Assembly (NCBI GenBank): GCA_965218095.1
Contig: OZ244587.1
Span: forward strand, 5,440,001 to 5,504,000
DNA from: Candidatus Poribacteria bacterium
GTDB taxonomy: Bacteria; Poribacteria; WGA-4E; PCPOR2b
DNA length: 64,000 nt
Direction of reading: 5' to 3'
Under the pieces are notes generated by a model. It did not search any database, had not been told where the DNA came from, and was given only the letters and a program-made list of their open reading frames with translations. Positions 42,685 through 52,751 of the stretch are shown here, piece by piece (position 1 is the first letter of the stretch; every line of letters begins with the position of its first letter). A program made the position numbers and the translations under genes.

Positions 42685-42967
42685 GTTATGCTTTCTTTTG
42701 CTTTTCGGCTTTATGTTTGCCCAGCATTCGCCGAAGCAGCGCGTCTATCTCTTGGCGTGCTGCTTCGGTCGGATCAAACCACTGATGACGGCAAGCCGCA
42801 CAATGCTAGTCAGGCCGATCAAATGAGACGAAGCACGAGCCGAGAACGACTTCTCCTCTCTCAACTATCCCCCAAGCTGCCTGCGTTGGGCGTCCGCCGC
42901 TGATGCGCTTAATGTCGCGCCCTCCACACTTGGGGCAAGTCGAAGATTTTCGTAGTTCAAGCATAAC
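42685..42967 (-). pseudogene. Integron-type gene cassette encoding a decayed small Zn-ribbon protein
   Basis: GTTATGC then MLELRKSSTCPKCGGRDI...(frameshift)ERGEVVLGSC...PD*HCAACRHQWF...KKA*, with the stop inside GCATAAC. Confidence 0.6.
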
Positions 42968-43100
42968 GATACAAGTTCAGTTGTCCGATAGATCGGACGA
43001 GCACGGCAAGGGTTGCCAGAAAACGTCGGGCAAACCGAAAGCGTCGTTTGCTAAAGAAAGATCACGTCTCCCCGCCGTCAACTGCAACGACTGGTTAGGC
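42961..43100 (-). mobile_element. attC-like integron recombination site (140 bp)
   Basis: Minus strand GCCTAAC-CAGTCG-TTGCAGTTGAC ... CAACTGAACTTGTATC-GTTATGC: RYYYAAC and GTTRRRY-like cores with complementary L boxes. Confidence 0.7.
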
Positions 43101-43366
43101 AGATGTGGTTTCTCTCCGCCCCACCCGACTGGTGCCCCGACCCAAAGACTTTGCGCTGTCGGTAGAAACTGGGCAATGTTCAAGGTGGCGGCAGGTGGCG
43201 CAAAGTCAACGGGAACAAGTGCAATCTCTAAATCCTCAAAGGTGAGACTCACCACTCTCATCCGCGTATATACGAATATATTTTGCGTGTTGCATTCTTC
43301 CTTCCTTATGAAACGAACCCTTGAGTCGCGATACACCACAGCGTTCCGACTTGACCGACGCTCGCC

Positions 43367-44908
43367 TCATTTGCACGGCGGGAACATCGGACGATATTTT
43401 GCAGCCGGCGACATGGCGATGATCTGGTCACCTCGCCAGTCGATGGTATAGTTTTCAAAGCAGATACTCTCCACCGTCCGTGCTTCGCGCAACGGAAAGG
43501 TGATGACGCTCGATGAGGGAGTTTGATCGCCGGCAAGGAGCAGATACGCCCCGATGAACGTCTTGGAAGCTTCAGCGGCGTTTACTTTCAGGCGAACGTT
43601 TTTCTTCTCCACCCAGGACGGGATACGCACCAGCAGATTGCGTCCACTCCGGTTTTCGATCTCAAGGCGCCCCTCTCTCGAAAGATGGCTGGTAACGCGC
43701 ACACCTTCCGCCTCGTGGCTCAACAGCAGGTTGACGCGCAGTCCGGCGTTATCTGAGGTAATAATAGACCACAGGGCTTCGCATATCCCATCCACAGCGC
43801 CAGACGTAATATCATACGTTGCAATGGTGGCATCTCGATGCAAGAGATAATCATTGGGCGTCGGAAAACTGAAGCCGCCGCGGAGACGTGAGGCTCGGCG
43901 ATGGCGGCTGTCATCCGTCTCATCGGGTTCATCGGGCAAGTCATCCACATCGATAACCTGTGAGGGGAGCAGATGCCCGCGGAGGATACGTTCTGCGTCC
44001 TCGAAGTATTTGGGCCATCCAGCGTGGCCCAAGAGCAGCGCGGCGCGCAGCAGGTCACCAGTGTTGTTGGACTCGCCGCGGGGGTGAAATTTATGCAGCG
44101 ACTCCATCGACCAGCCGAAACTGCTGTTAAAGCGCGGGCAGCCCACATCATAGATGGCTTTGACTTGCTCCAGCAGGTTGGCGTCGTTGGCGACACACGC
44201 GAAATCCAGCATTCCGGCGACCATGGCGTTGAGGGAGTGGCCATGGGTGCCGGCTTCCTCTTTAACCCTTCCTTCGGGTGTAAAACAGTGTTTCAGCGCA
44301 TAGGAAGTCATGAGTCCTGCCAACTCCAGGGCAACCTCGTCCCCGGTGACGCGATAGTTCCGAACAAGCGCATCGACTGCACGCCCCTCCTGCGATGGCT
44401 GGTGGTTGTAGTCCGAAACATAAGAAGGGAGCCGGCCGAGATGAATGGTACCGTCATCGTCCAGCGCGAAGCGGACGGCGCGAATCATCCGCCGACTCCA
44501 CTCCCGCGCACGCTCGTCACCGCGACGGATGAGAGCAGTCAGGGCGTGCATGGATTCCCGTATGTTGTGGAGATGGACGAAACGCTCGCCTGTTTTATCG
44601 TCCGCCATCCCCGGCAGATTATCTGCCTCATCGAACAGTGCCATCTGAAGGTCCGCGAGATCATTCCAGATGGCTTTGTCAATACTTTCCCCTGTGACTT
44701 GCTCTGCCATGCCGATGGCGTGAATGGCTCGGGCGACGTCGTGACACCAATCCCACGCGCCGGCATGACCAAACGGCTTCAACTGCCCTTCCGCAAAGCC
44801 GATAGACCAGTAAGGCATGTATTTTTTCGTTGGGTCGAGCCCGCCCACGAGCGAGTTCAGTCCTAGTCGGATGTGATACAAAATATCTACCGGTTCCAGA
44901 TGCTGCAT
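43367..44908 (-). CDS. Hypothetical protein, probable (alpha/alpha)6-barrel GH127-like
   Basis: 513-aa ORF with AGGAG RBS; GTHGHS, GESNNTGD, AERILRGHL, C-terminal VRIPSW and WRGDQI...MSP. Confidence 0.65.
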   Translation of the reverse strand: MQHLEPVDILYHIRLGLNSLVGGLDPTKKYMPYWSIGFAEGQLKPFGHAGAWDWCHDVARAIHAIGMAEQVTGESIDKAIWNDLADLQMALFDEADNLPGMADDKTGERFVHLHNIRESMHALTALIRRGDERAREWSRRMIRAVRFALDDDGTIHLGRLPSYVSDYNHQPSQEGRAVDALVRNYRVTGDEVALELAGLMTSYALKHCFTPEGRVKEEAGTHGHSLNAMVAGMLDFACVANDANLLEQVKAIYDVGCPRFNSSFGWSMESLHKFHPRGESNNTGDLLRAALLLGHAGWPKYFEDAERILRGHLLPSQVIDVDDLPDEPDETDDSRHRRASRLRGGFSFPTPNDYLLHRDATIATYDITSGAVDGICEALWSIITSDNAGLRVNLLLSHEAEGVRVTSHLSREGRLEIENRSGRNLLVRIPSWVEKKNVRLKVNAAEASKTFIGAYLLLAGDQTPSSSVITFPLREARTVESICFENYTIDWRGDQIIAMSPAAKYRPMFPPCK

Positions 44909-44995
44909 CTGTTTGCTCCTTTTTGAAATGTATTCTTAACCCGAGTTGCTACCTATAAGCAGATGATGCAGGTAAGAAGACTGGGAATCCAATTT

Positions 44996-45065
44996 ATAGC
45001 ACAGATCAACGGAATTAACGGATTAAATATGCGATATATCCGTTAATTCGCATTATCCGTGCTAT
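44996..45065. repeat. Imperfect palindromic intergenic repeat
   Basis: ATAGCACAGAT...GAATTAACGGAT...ATCCGTTAATTC...ATCCGTGCTAT; similar element at about 10321-10385. Confidence 0.5.
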
Positions 45066-45197
45066 ACGGCATCTCCCTACTCTCGTCAATATAGGTATAG
45101 GGTTATTCTTATGTTCGATTCAGCTTTCTCCATCCTCTTGAGCGCTGCATCTTGATGTGAGAAAATCTGTAGAGGGGAGGAGAGACCTTTCTGTGCT

Positions 45198-45662
45198 TTA
45201 TACAACATGTGAGTGGACTGGTAAACTATCATGGCTATGCTTCATGATGCTGTGGTAATGTTCGCCGGCTTCTTCGACGGGGTCAATATGAATGACTGCC
45301 CTGGAAAGATAACTCACACGACTTGGAAGGTTATTGATAAAGGGATACCCTAACATACCATCAACTTGACCCTGTGCGACGCGACAGAGGTCGGAACAAT
45401 CTCTAACAGATATGAATTGACGCCTCAATCGCACCGCTTCTACGGCAAGTTCAACAATGGTGATGTGAGCATGCTTGTTAACAAAATCTAAGTGTCTCAG
45501 TTGTAGCCTCTAGGCAACTTCAGGCGAAATCCAATTGCCTCCACACCCCGTATCAAGTACGAATAGAAACGGAACTTCTCCGTTAATTTTGACAGGCACA
45601 CACAACAGCCCATTGGGACGAATGTCGAGTTTAACTTCGTAGCTATTTCGATGTGTGATCAT
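45198..45662 (-). pseudogene. Retropepsin-like aspartyl protease with in-frame TAG
   Basis: VPVKING..PFLFVLDTG...ISPEVA*RL...VDGMLGYPF; TAG at 45510-45512 joins two ORFs in frame. Confidence 0.65.
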
Positions 45663-45812
45663 CTTTTTCCCTACAAATTCTGGAATGTGTACTATCACTA
45701 AATGTTTGGTACGTTTTGGACACATGCACCCTGCGACATGGTATATGATGCGCAAAACGTGATGCGTGATATTCTTCCCGGTTAACAGCGCAGTTCCATT
45801 TCTGACGCGTTC

Positions 45813-46841
45813 TTAATCCCGTGGCAAGGGCAAGTGAACCTTCGCGCTGTCGCGCGATTGGGAGAGCAGCGCCCCTAACATGATCTCTAACGTGTTTCGG
45901 GCGCGGCGTGGAGGTGAACTGCTCGGTGCGTCGTTCCAAACCATTTGGGCAAGCTCTCGGACAGGATAAATCAAACTCTCGCCAAGGAAGTCCCCGTAGG
46001 TATCGCCCTGCGGGGCAGGTGCCTCCGTAGCGGTTCCTTCGGGTTGGTCTGTCTTCCAGGCTTCGCAGCGGGTATCGTTCAGCCGGAAGCGACCAGTCGG
46101 TCCCTGAAGGTCGAATTCGCAGCCTGCGGGCGTCATTTTGGCGCTGTTGACGATGCCGCGCACCCCGTTGGCGAACTCAATGATAATCGACGACGCCGGA
46201 TCGAGGGCTGGGTCTTTTCCCCCTTCTCCCTTGTATTCCGTGCCATAGTCTTCAAAACCCTGCTCGTGTGCGGCGATTACCCAGACCGGGTCGACGTCGG
46301 CAAAGTAGCAGACCCCATCAATAAGATGGGTGCCATTACGAAAAAGCATCGACCGACGCCCGCCCATGTGGGCGACAATGCGAGTGAGCCCGCCAATTTC
46401 GCCCTCCCGAACCGCTTTTCGCACCGCTTGGTACAGCGGCAACCAACTCCGGGTGTGGTCGACCGACATTTTGGTGCCATTCCGCTCGACCGTCTTGATG
46501 ATTCGGTCAGCGGCGTTGAGGTTAATAGTCAACGGTTTCTCACAGAAAACACCTTTGACCCCGGCGTCCGATGCATCACACACTGGATTGGTGTGATAAT
46601 CGTCCGGCGTCGCCACGCTGACGACGTCCAGGTTCTCCTTTTCGAGCATGGCGTGGTAGTCGGTGTATTCCCGGACGGAGCCGCGTGTGACCCGCGACCG
46701 CTCGAAGAAGTTGTTGAGGACATCGGGTTTCAGATCACAGACTGCGACGATCTCAAATTCGGGGGCGTTGACGTAGGCATATCCATGATTCGCTCCCAAG
46801 CCGCAGCCAATAACACCTGCACGTAATTTTTCGTTTGGCAT
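45813..46841 (-). CDS. Gfo/Idh/MocA family oxidoreductase
   Basis: GVIGCGLG, DVVSVATPD..H, FCEKPL, GEIG, GTHLID. Confidence 0.92.
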   Translation of the reverse strand: MPNEKLRAGVIGCGLGANHGYAYVNAPEFEIVAVCDLKPDVLNNFFERSRVTRGSVREYTDYHAMLEKENLDVVSVATPDDYHTNPVCDASDAGVKGVFCEKPLTINLNAADRIIKTVERNGTKMSVDHTRSWLPLYQAVRKAVREGEIGGLTRIVAHMGGRRSMLFRNGTHLIDGVCYFADVDPVWVIAAHEQGFEDYGTEYKGEGGKDPALDPASSIIIEFANGVRGIVNSAKMTPAGCEFDLQGPTGRFRLNDTRCEAWKTDQPEGTATEAPAPQGDTYGDFLGESLIYPVRELAQMVWNDAPSSSPPRRARNTLEIMLGALLSQSRDSAKVHLPLPRD

Positions 46842-47235
46842 TCGTTTACCTCATTATGTCGGTGAGATGGTCTTGAAGCCATTCACGTCTTATTTATATC
46901 TCGTGTCTTGCAGTTGGATTCAGGATTCAAGATGCAGACGCCATCAATCTGCTTGCTACCCGAACAGACGCTGTTCAGGACTCAATGCGTTCCACTATTG
47001 AGGACAATATCTTATATGCAGCAACACCTCTTGGACTTCGGCTTCAGCGAGAACTTCAAGGGGCAGGTTTTTGCTCATCAGCCACTCCAAATCTCACTCA
47101 CTCAAAACATATATCTCCCGCGGCAAATAACTTGACCAGCAGTTTCTCATAATGGTATAAAAGGTTTCCTCTGCCAATTCCTTGTCATCGGTTTTGATTC
47201 GGATCGCTGGCATTTTCATGTTTCCCCTCTACAAT

Positions 47236-48090
47236 TCAACCGCTAGGTTGAGGCAAGTCCGCTGGAAAGCCGTAGGGCAGGTCGGTGCGATCCGCAGGCA
47301 GGGGCCAGCTTTGCCCACCCAGGTTCTGGAATAACTCGTGGCAGCCGCAAAGCCACAAGAACATTTCCGACACCTTGATCGCGTCACGAAACTGCTCCAC
47401 ATACTCCCCGGCAGGCCCGGCGTATTTGGCCGTGGCAAAATCGAAATCTGGCTCGACGACCCAATCCCGCTTTGGTGGGGTCGTGCGCCAGTAGAAGTAC
47501 TTGAGCAGATTGCGGATGCCCGAAGCTGTTGATGGTCCCCGGCGATGCCAGATGTGGTAGATAGTCAGGAAGATAGAACCAGCGGGCGCGGTCGTGGGGA
47601 TGGCGCCCCGGATATTAGCCAGATGTCCCATGAATCTGGCTTTGTTCCGCACGAGATGCGTCCCCGGCACCATCTGCGTCGGCCCCATTTCAATCGGCGT
47701 ATCTTGGGGATAGTAGAAAACTTGCAGGAAGTTGAGTTCGTGCGTATAGTCATAGTTGCCATCCACATGCCAACCACCGACTGTCTGGATCGGGCACTGC
47801 ACGCGATGATTGCTCATCAGTATCGGCAGGTGGAAATCAGCACCCAGAAGCGAGCACACGGCGCCGGCGGCGGCCGGATTGACAATCACATTTTCGACAA
47901 ACCAATCTTCCCCCAGAATCCCACTCGGCTCGGTATAAGAGTGTTCGTCGCAGTATGCCATCGTCCTGCGATTTACGTCATCGGGGACAACGCCCTCAAG
48001 CATCAGATAGCCGTTCTTGCAGAACTCCAGCACCTGCGTATCCGTCAGGGTCGGTTCACAATCGTAGGTTTTCTGCTCCGATATTCGCAT
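47236..48090 (-). CDS. Phytanoyl-CoA dioxygenase (PhyH) family
   Basis: GWHVDG, YYPQDTP.EMGPT..VPGTH, IWHRR. Confidence 0.88.
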   Translation of the reverse strand: MRISEQKTYDCEPTLTDTQVLEFCKNGYLMLEGVVPDDVNRRTMAYCDEHSYTEPSGILGEDWFVENVIVNPAAAGAVCSLLGADFHLPILMSNHRVQCPIQTVGGWHVDGNYDYTHELNFLQVFYYPQDTPIEMGPTQMVPGTHLVRNKARFMGHLANIRGAIPTTAPAGSIFLTIYHIWHRRGPSTASGIRNLLKYFYWRTTPPKRDWVVEPDFDFATAKYAGPAGEYVEQFRDAIKVSEMFLWLCGCHELFQNLGGQSWPLPADRTDLPYGFPADLPQPSG

Positions 48091-48093
48091 GGT

Positions 48094-48465
48094 TTACCTC
48101 CATCGTTCCAGAATGAATTCAAAACCAAGTCCGTAAAACTCTTTTTTGTCCACAGTAAGCAGCGCCATGTTGGGGAAAGAGATAATCCGCCACCCCTCCC
48201 GGACGGCATCCAACACGGTCTGGTAGGGCCAGTCATCGGGGTCAGGCGGCCCTTCGGAGAGCTCACCGTCCTCAATCAAGAGCATACCCACCACCGGCGA
48301 TTCGGGGGAAGTGCTTCTCGCTTGCAGATAAAGAATATCCTGCCGTTGATGACCGTTTTGTCCCACGATGTCCGTGATTCCTTGGCGGAGTCGGTCTGCT
48401 GTCAACGCGCCGCGCTGTAGTTTCACCGTCAGTGCTTCCATTATTTCTTTCTGCGCTTCAGTCAT
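48094..48465 (-). CDS. Hypothetical protein coupled to the PhyH gene
   Basis: AAGGGAG RBS; RQDILYLQA, WPYQTVLDAVREGWRIISFP, EFILER; 3 bp from the PhyH start. Confidence 0.75.
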   Translation of the reverse strand: MTEAQKEIMEALTVKLQRGALTADRLRQGITDIVGQNGHQRQDILYLQARSTSPESPVVGMLLIEDGELSEGPPDPDDWPYQTVLDAVREGWRIISFPNMALLTVDKKEFYGLGFEFILERWR

Positions 48466-48586
48466 TCAGCTTCTCCCTTCCTTGAAATTGCGGTTCATTG
48501 AACTTGAGTGTGATTATGGTAGCCTCTACACTCCACAGTTGCGGTTGGAAGTGTTGAAAGATTCAACTCATCTCACGCAATACGCT

Positions 48587-50077
48587 TCACGTTTCACACT
48601 TTTCCAAAAATGTCTGCGCCGCCTTGAGTGCGTCTTCAGGTGTGTGGATTTTTCCTTCAAACTGAAGGTCTTCGATATGCTTCAGGATGCGTCCGATCTT
48701 GACACCGGGCGCCAACCCAAACCTTCGCATGATGTCATTCCCAGTGATTAACCTGCCGCGAGTCATCATTGGACGGATCTCTTGGTAATAGAGATCCGCG
48801 ATCCGCCTCATCAGCGCTTCCGTTTTCGACGCATCAGCCGGTTGGCGCAGGGTTCCCTGCGAGGCTCGCAGGACTGCGTATGATAGCAGGAGAACGCCCA
48901 ACCAATCATCACCTGTGTTTCTCAAAAAGCGGATCATCGCCTGTCGCACTGGTCCACCAGCGTTGGTCATCAGATACAGGTGATTCTGCACGAGGCAGTT
49001 CATCAGCTTTGCGACCTTCCCGCCCAGGCGCAGACGATTCGTAATTTCGACAGCCATCTCCGCCCCTACCTTTTCATGACCGATAAACCGCGTATTTCCT
49101 TGAGAGTTGACCGTTTTTGTTGCTGGCTTCGCCATATCGTGCAGCAACAAAGCCAGTTTGATAATCTGCCATCGTCGCTTATCGTAGATTAGATGTTCGC
49201 GCAGGTATTCCTTAATTTCCTGGTGGTACGGTTGCCAGGTATCCGGTATCGGTTTCGCCTCAAACATTTCGAGAGCGAGCAGAGAATGTCCCCAGACATC
49301 AAGGTGATGATAATCGTTCTGCTGAACACCACGCATTTCCTCAATTTCCGGGATGATTTGCGAGAGGAGGCGGATCTCGTCCATTTGGCGCAGGTAGATT
49401 GTCGCGTTTTTAACATCTAAGATTTTGACGAATTCATCGCGGATGCGTTCAGGCGCAATCCCGTTACGTGGGATTTCACTTCGTTCAACTTGCGACAACC
49501 GATCTTTATGCTGTTGGATGAGACTGATTGTTGCTTCGGGTATCTCAAATCCCAATTGTGCGGCAAAGCGATATACCCGCAGCAATCGCAGCGGATCATC
49601 AAGAACAACCTGCTCACCCGGAAAACGGAGGGTTCGGGCTTCCAGGTCGCGATAACCGTTGCACGGATCGATTAGATTCACCCTTGGCTGTGTCAAGAGC
49701 GATGAAAGGTCGAGCGCAATTGCGTTGATGGTGAGATCGCGCAGGCGCAGGTCTGCTTCCAAAGTCTCAGCGCGGAATTGGGCAAAATCCAAGCTAAGTT
49801 GCGTCTCTCGAATCACGATTCGTGCTGTTGGCGGTTGTTCTTCTAGCTTTACAAAAGCCTCGCCGATCCGGTCCGCAAACGTTTTGGCGAAGGCAACTGT
49901 ATCGCCATCAAGGGCGAAATCGAGATCTGTGACCGCCCGATTGAGCAGTACATCCCGGACGGAGCCACCGACGAGGTAGAGTTGGACGTCCTGCTCATCT
50001 GCAAATGCATGGAGTTGGTGGATGAGGTGTGGGTCCGGTAGATTTTTGCGTAAGGTTGTGCTTGGAATGGATTGCAT
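48587..50077 (-). CDS. CCA tRNA nucleotidyltransferase / poly(A) polymerase family with HD domain
   Basis: LVGGSVRD, DLDF, DLRLRDLTINA, DDPLRLLR..RF, ERIRDE, LLHD.AKP, F.GHE..GA. Confidence 0.92.
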   Translation of the reverse strand: MQSIPSTTLRKNLPDPHLIHQLHAFADEQDVQLYLVGGSVRDVLLNRAVTDLDFALDGDTVAFAKTFADRIGEAFVKLEEQPPTARIVIRETQLSLDFAQFRAETLEADLRLRDLTINAIALDLSSLLTQPRVNLIDPCNGYRDLEARTLRFPGEQVVLDDPLRLLRVYRFAAQLGFEIPEATISLIQQHKDRLSQVERSEIPRNGIAPERIRDEFVKILDVKNATIYLRQMDEIRLLSQIIPEIEEMRGVQQNDYHHLDVWGHSLLALEMFEAKPIPDTWQPYHQEIKEYLREHLIYDKRRWQIIKLALLLHDMAKPATKTVNSQGNTRFIGHEKVGAEMAVEITNRLRLGGKVAKLMNCLVQNHLYLMTNAGGPVRQAMIRFLRNTGDDWLGVLLLSYAVLRASQGTLRQPADASKTEALMRRIADLYYQEIRPMMTRGRLITGNDIMRRFGLAPGVKIGRILKHIEDLQFEGKIHTPEDALKAAQTFLEKCET

Positions 50078-50187
50078 GGAGATTGAAACAGCCTCTGCCT
50101 ATTTTGATATAGTTTAACACAAACCCCTATCCCATTCAATTCAAAAGTGACCAGCTTTGTCACGCTTTGGCCGCTATGTGTTACATC

Positions 50188-50221
50188 AAAAAAGCCCGGT
50201 GGAAAATATCCCTACCGGGCT
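50188..50221 (-). terminator. Rho-independent terminator-like hairpin
   Basis: Minus strand AGCCCGGTAGGGA-TATT-TTCCACCGGGCT followed by a T run. Confidence 0.6.
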
Positions 50222-50495
50222 GTTCGGCGTTCAGTTTTCTTTGTGCAAGTACGGTGGGCTTGCGATCCGTATGCCAGCAGCAAGTGGAGCGAAACGAAAT
50301 CCCACGAAGCGGGGCTCTGCCGCCCTCTTAGGGTTCGGTCCGATTCTCGGATGAGAACGGGAGCCTCACCCTTGCTCCTGCCGGTTCATATCAGTACCTC
50401 CATTTGATGTAGTTGTCGCTCTTACGGCAGGTTAAGCATGTAGGCGACCCAATCAACTTCTGAGTTGAGGCGCTTTTAACTGCACTCTTCCTTGT

Positions 50496-51650
50496 TCACG
50501 ACCTTTTCCATTGCGCCATCTGCTCCATGTACCGCTCCCTGCCCCACAGGTCTTTCTTGTAGTGCCAGCGCCACTTCTCTGGGTACATCACAAGGCTTCG
50601 GTCCTCAATGGGAAACTTAACCGCTGCATGACCCCGTCGATGAGATTTTCTCAACCCAATCGCAATCTCCAACGCATGGCGGAGATCGTCCCCGGTGGTC
50701 ACGTTGAGCGTTACGCCCTTTTCCAGTGTATCGACAATTGCCTGGACAATCCCCATCATCGTGTCCCCCGGATACAGCCAGCCCTCGTCATCATAGCCTC
50801 TTTCGTCGACGCTGTAATCCTGAAACAGGCCCTTGACCTCCTGCAGATCTGCAGGTCCCCGCCGGTCGGCGCCGTCCGCTACCTTCCAGAGGTGGAGGCC
50901 GAGACCGGTGTTGTTCCAGTTATAGAGCACCCCGCGGGAACCTATGACTTCGATTCCCTTCCACCCGATGTCTTTGAAGTTACTGAAACACTCTATACCA
51001 TTGGAGAAGCGGATATAACCGCCGATTTTTCCAAATCCGGTATCGCCTTCGTTGTAGGGCTCTTCGTAGTCGCTAAAGGGGTCTCCGTCTACCCATCCCA
51101 TGACCCAATCGACATCCGCTTTATTTGCGAACTTGCGAGCCAAGTTTAGCCCGTGGCAACCGCCCTGATTATTCTTCCCATAGAGATTGATTCTCTGGAC
51201 TTCACCTATCTCACCCGACGCGACCAACTCGTAGGCTTTCTGGTAATCTAGATGGCTTGAGATAACAACCCCGGCGGCGAGGTGAACTCCCCTGGAGTGG
51301 CACGCCTCCACCATACGATCGGCGTCTTCCAAGCTGGCAGTGAGAGGCTTCTCGCAGAAGATTGCCTTCACGCCGGCTTCGGCTGAAGCTACCACGGCAT
51401 CGGCATTTGGTCTGACCGGCAGGACGGGCATAGCGATGTCGATCTGCTCGTTGTTGAACATCTCCTCGTAGTTATTGTATCCGGGAACGTTGAAGCGTTG
51501 GCAACCCAACTCTAGGTTCTCCGGGTCGGTGTCAGCAATGGCGACGACCTCGCACAGCGGGTGAAGGTCGAAGGCTCGGGCGCGGGTAGTCCCCGCTCTC
51601 CCACAGCCAATGATGCCAACTCGGTATTTGGGCTTTGTGGACTCGGTCAT
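50496..51650 (-). CDS. Gfo/Idh/MocA family oxidoreductase
   Basis: GIIGCGRAG, AIFCEKPL, SGEIGEV, GGCHG. Confidence 0.9.
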   Translation of the reverse strand: MTESTKPKYRVGIIGCGRAGTTRARAFDLHPLCEVVAIADTDPENLELGCQRFNVPGYNNYEEMFNNEQIDIAMPVLPVRPNADAVVASAEAGVKAIFCEKPLTASLEDADRMVEACHSRGVHLAAGVVISSHLDYQKAYELVASGEIGEVQRINLYGKNNQGGCHGLNLARKFANKADVDWVMGWVDGDPFSDYEEPYNEGDTGFGKIGGYIRFSNGIECFSNFKDIGWKGIEVIGSRGVLYNWNNTGLGLHLWKVADGADRRGPADLQEVKGLFQDYSVDERGYDDEGWLYPGDTMMGIVQAIVDTLEKGVTLNVTTGDDLRHALEIAIGLRKSHRRGHAAVKFPIEDRSLVMYPEKWRWHYKKDLWGRERYMEQMAQWKRS

Positions 51651-51727
51651 GTTTGCTCCTCCTCAAGTCGTATTCATAAAAGGCATTATTTCAATCTGAA
51701 ATTAGCTTTGTCACATTTGTTTTGACA

Positions 51728-51752
51728 AGTAGAGCAAGCAGCTTGCTCTACT
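51728..51752. repeat. GTAG-type REP-like palindrome
   Basis: AGTAGAGCAAGC-A-GCTTGCTCTACT. Confidence 0.55.
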
Positions 51753-51899
51753 CTAACCCTCATAATCTATTTCACGGTGTGTAATCGTCGTTGCTGAGGA
51801 CTCGCCGATTTTTTCAGGTGTTGTTATGTCTACCTCTCCTTCCTACGCGATGGTGGAAATTCCCCCTGACAGGTTTTTGAAACCTGTCAGGCCTGTGCC

Positions 51900-52751
51900 T
51901 CACTCATCTAACCCAAGCAGAGCAAGTGAATGGCGATGGATGATGCCTTCGATTTCGTCCTCCGGGATCTGCGGCATACTGGTACCTTCGGCGAATCGGT
52001 TGGCAGTGCGTAGCGCGTCAACCGTTTGCTCAATTGTGACAATCGGGAAATCGCTGCCGAAAAGCAGTTTGTGCATCACGCAATTTTCATGACAGAACGC
52101 GAGCGCCTGATATCCCCACCACGGACGTAACGACACGCCCCCGGAAACGTCGGCGAAGACATTCGGGTGTTTGCGTATCATCACCATCGCATCGGTGTAC
52201 CAAGGCAGTCCGATGTGAGCGAGAATGATTTTCAGATTTGGGAATTCGCGGGCCACAGGGTCGTACAGCAGCGGGTTCGCCCATTCCATCGGCGTATTGG
52301 CGATGACATGGTACGCTGCGTGCGTGAGGATGGGAAGCCCCAGTTCTTCCGCACGGCGATGCACCCGTCGCGCCCTGTCGCCGTTTGGGTCATAGTGTTG
52401 ATAGACCGGGCTCATCTTGATGCCTTTGAGCCCTAGATCGTTGACACATCGGTCGATCTCGTCCAGCGCATCCGGATCGTTCGGATCGACCGACATGAAT
52501 CCGATGATCTTGTCCGGGTGTGCCTTCGCGTAGGCCGAGATCTGGTCATTGGGAGTGTGCATTCCCAACGCGATGGAGTTGATGCCGAACACGATCGCGC
52601 GTGAAGTGGCCTCCATTGCATGCCAATGTTTTTCGGGCGTCACATGCAGGTCGATCCCGCGGTAACCGGTATGTTCCGCATCGAACACTTCGACGAATAC
52701 TTTCCCCCACTGCTTGCGGGTGGAAAGATGGGTATGTACGTCAATAATCAT
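51900..52751 (-). CDS. Amidohydrolase_2 family protein
   Basis: MIIDVHTH, GLKGIKMSP, ILTH, ILAHIG, NVFADVS, LFGSDFP; start ATG 52751. Confidence 0.9.
   Translation of the reverse strand: MIIDVHTHLSTRKQWGKVFVEVFDAEHTGYRGIDLHVTPEKHWHAMEATSRAIVFGINSIALGMHTPNDQISAYAKAHPDKIIGFMSVDPNDPDALDEIDRCVNDLGLKGIKMSPVYQHYDPNGDRARRVHRRAEELGLPILTHAAYHVIANTPMEWANPLLYDPVAREFPNLKIILAHIGLPWYTDAMVMIRKHPNVFADVSGGVSLRPWWGYQALAFCHENCVMHKLLFGSDFPIVTIEQTVDALRTANRFAEGTSMPQIPEDEIEGIIHRHSLALLGLDE

Noticed and set aside
42903-43451. ORFs 42903..43451 (+) and 42977..43339 (-)
   Set aside because: They run through the attC site; PNQSLQLT is the typical spurious translation of an attC start
5706-45512. Repeated in-frame TAG codons (5925, 21121, 23234, 32324, 42086, 45510) suggesting amber recoding or pyrrolysine
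   Set aside because: TAG ends intact genes here (e.g. 26862, 28306, 58263). Most affected genes also have frameshifts, truncations or TGA/TAA stops. Single transitions from TGG/CAG explain them, and no pyl genes are visible.
46995-47219. Small minus-strand ORF MKMPAIRIK... with an in-frame TGA at 47094-47096 as a third selenoprotein
   Set aside because: No Cys-type motif context, no SECIS-like hairpin and no recognisable family; more likely a decayed small gene
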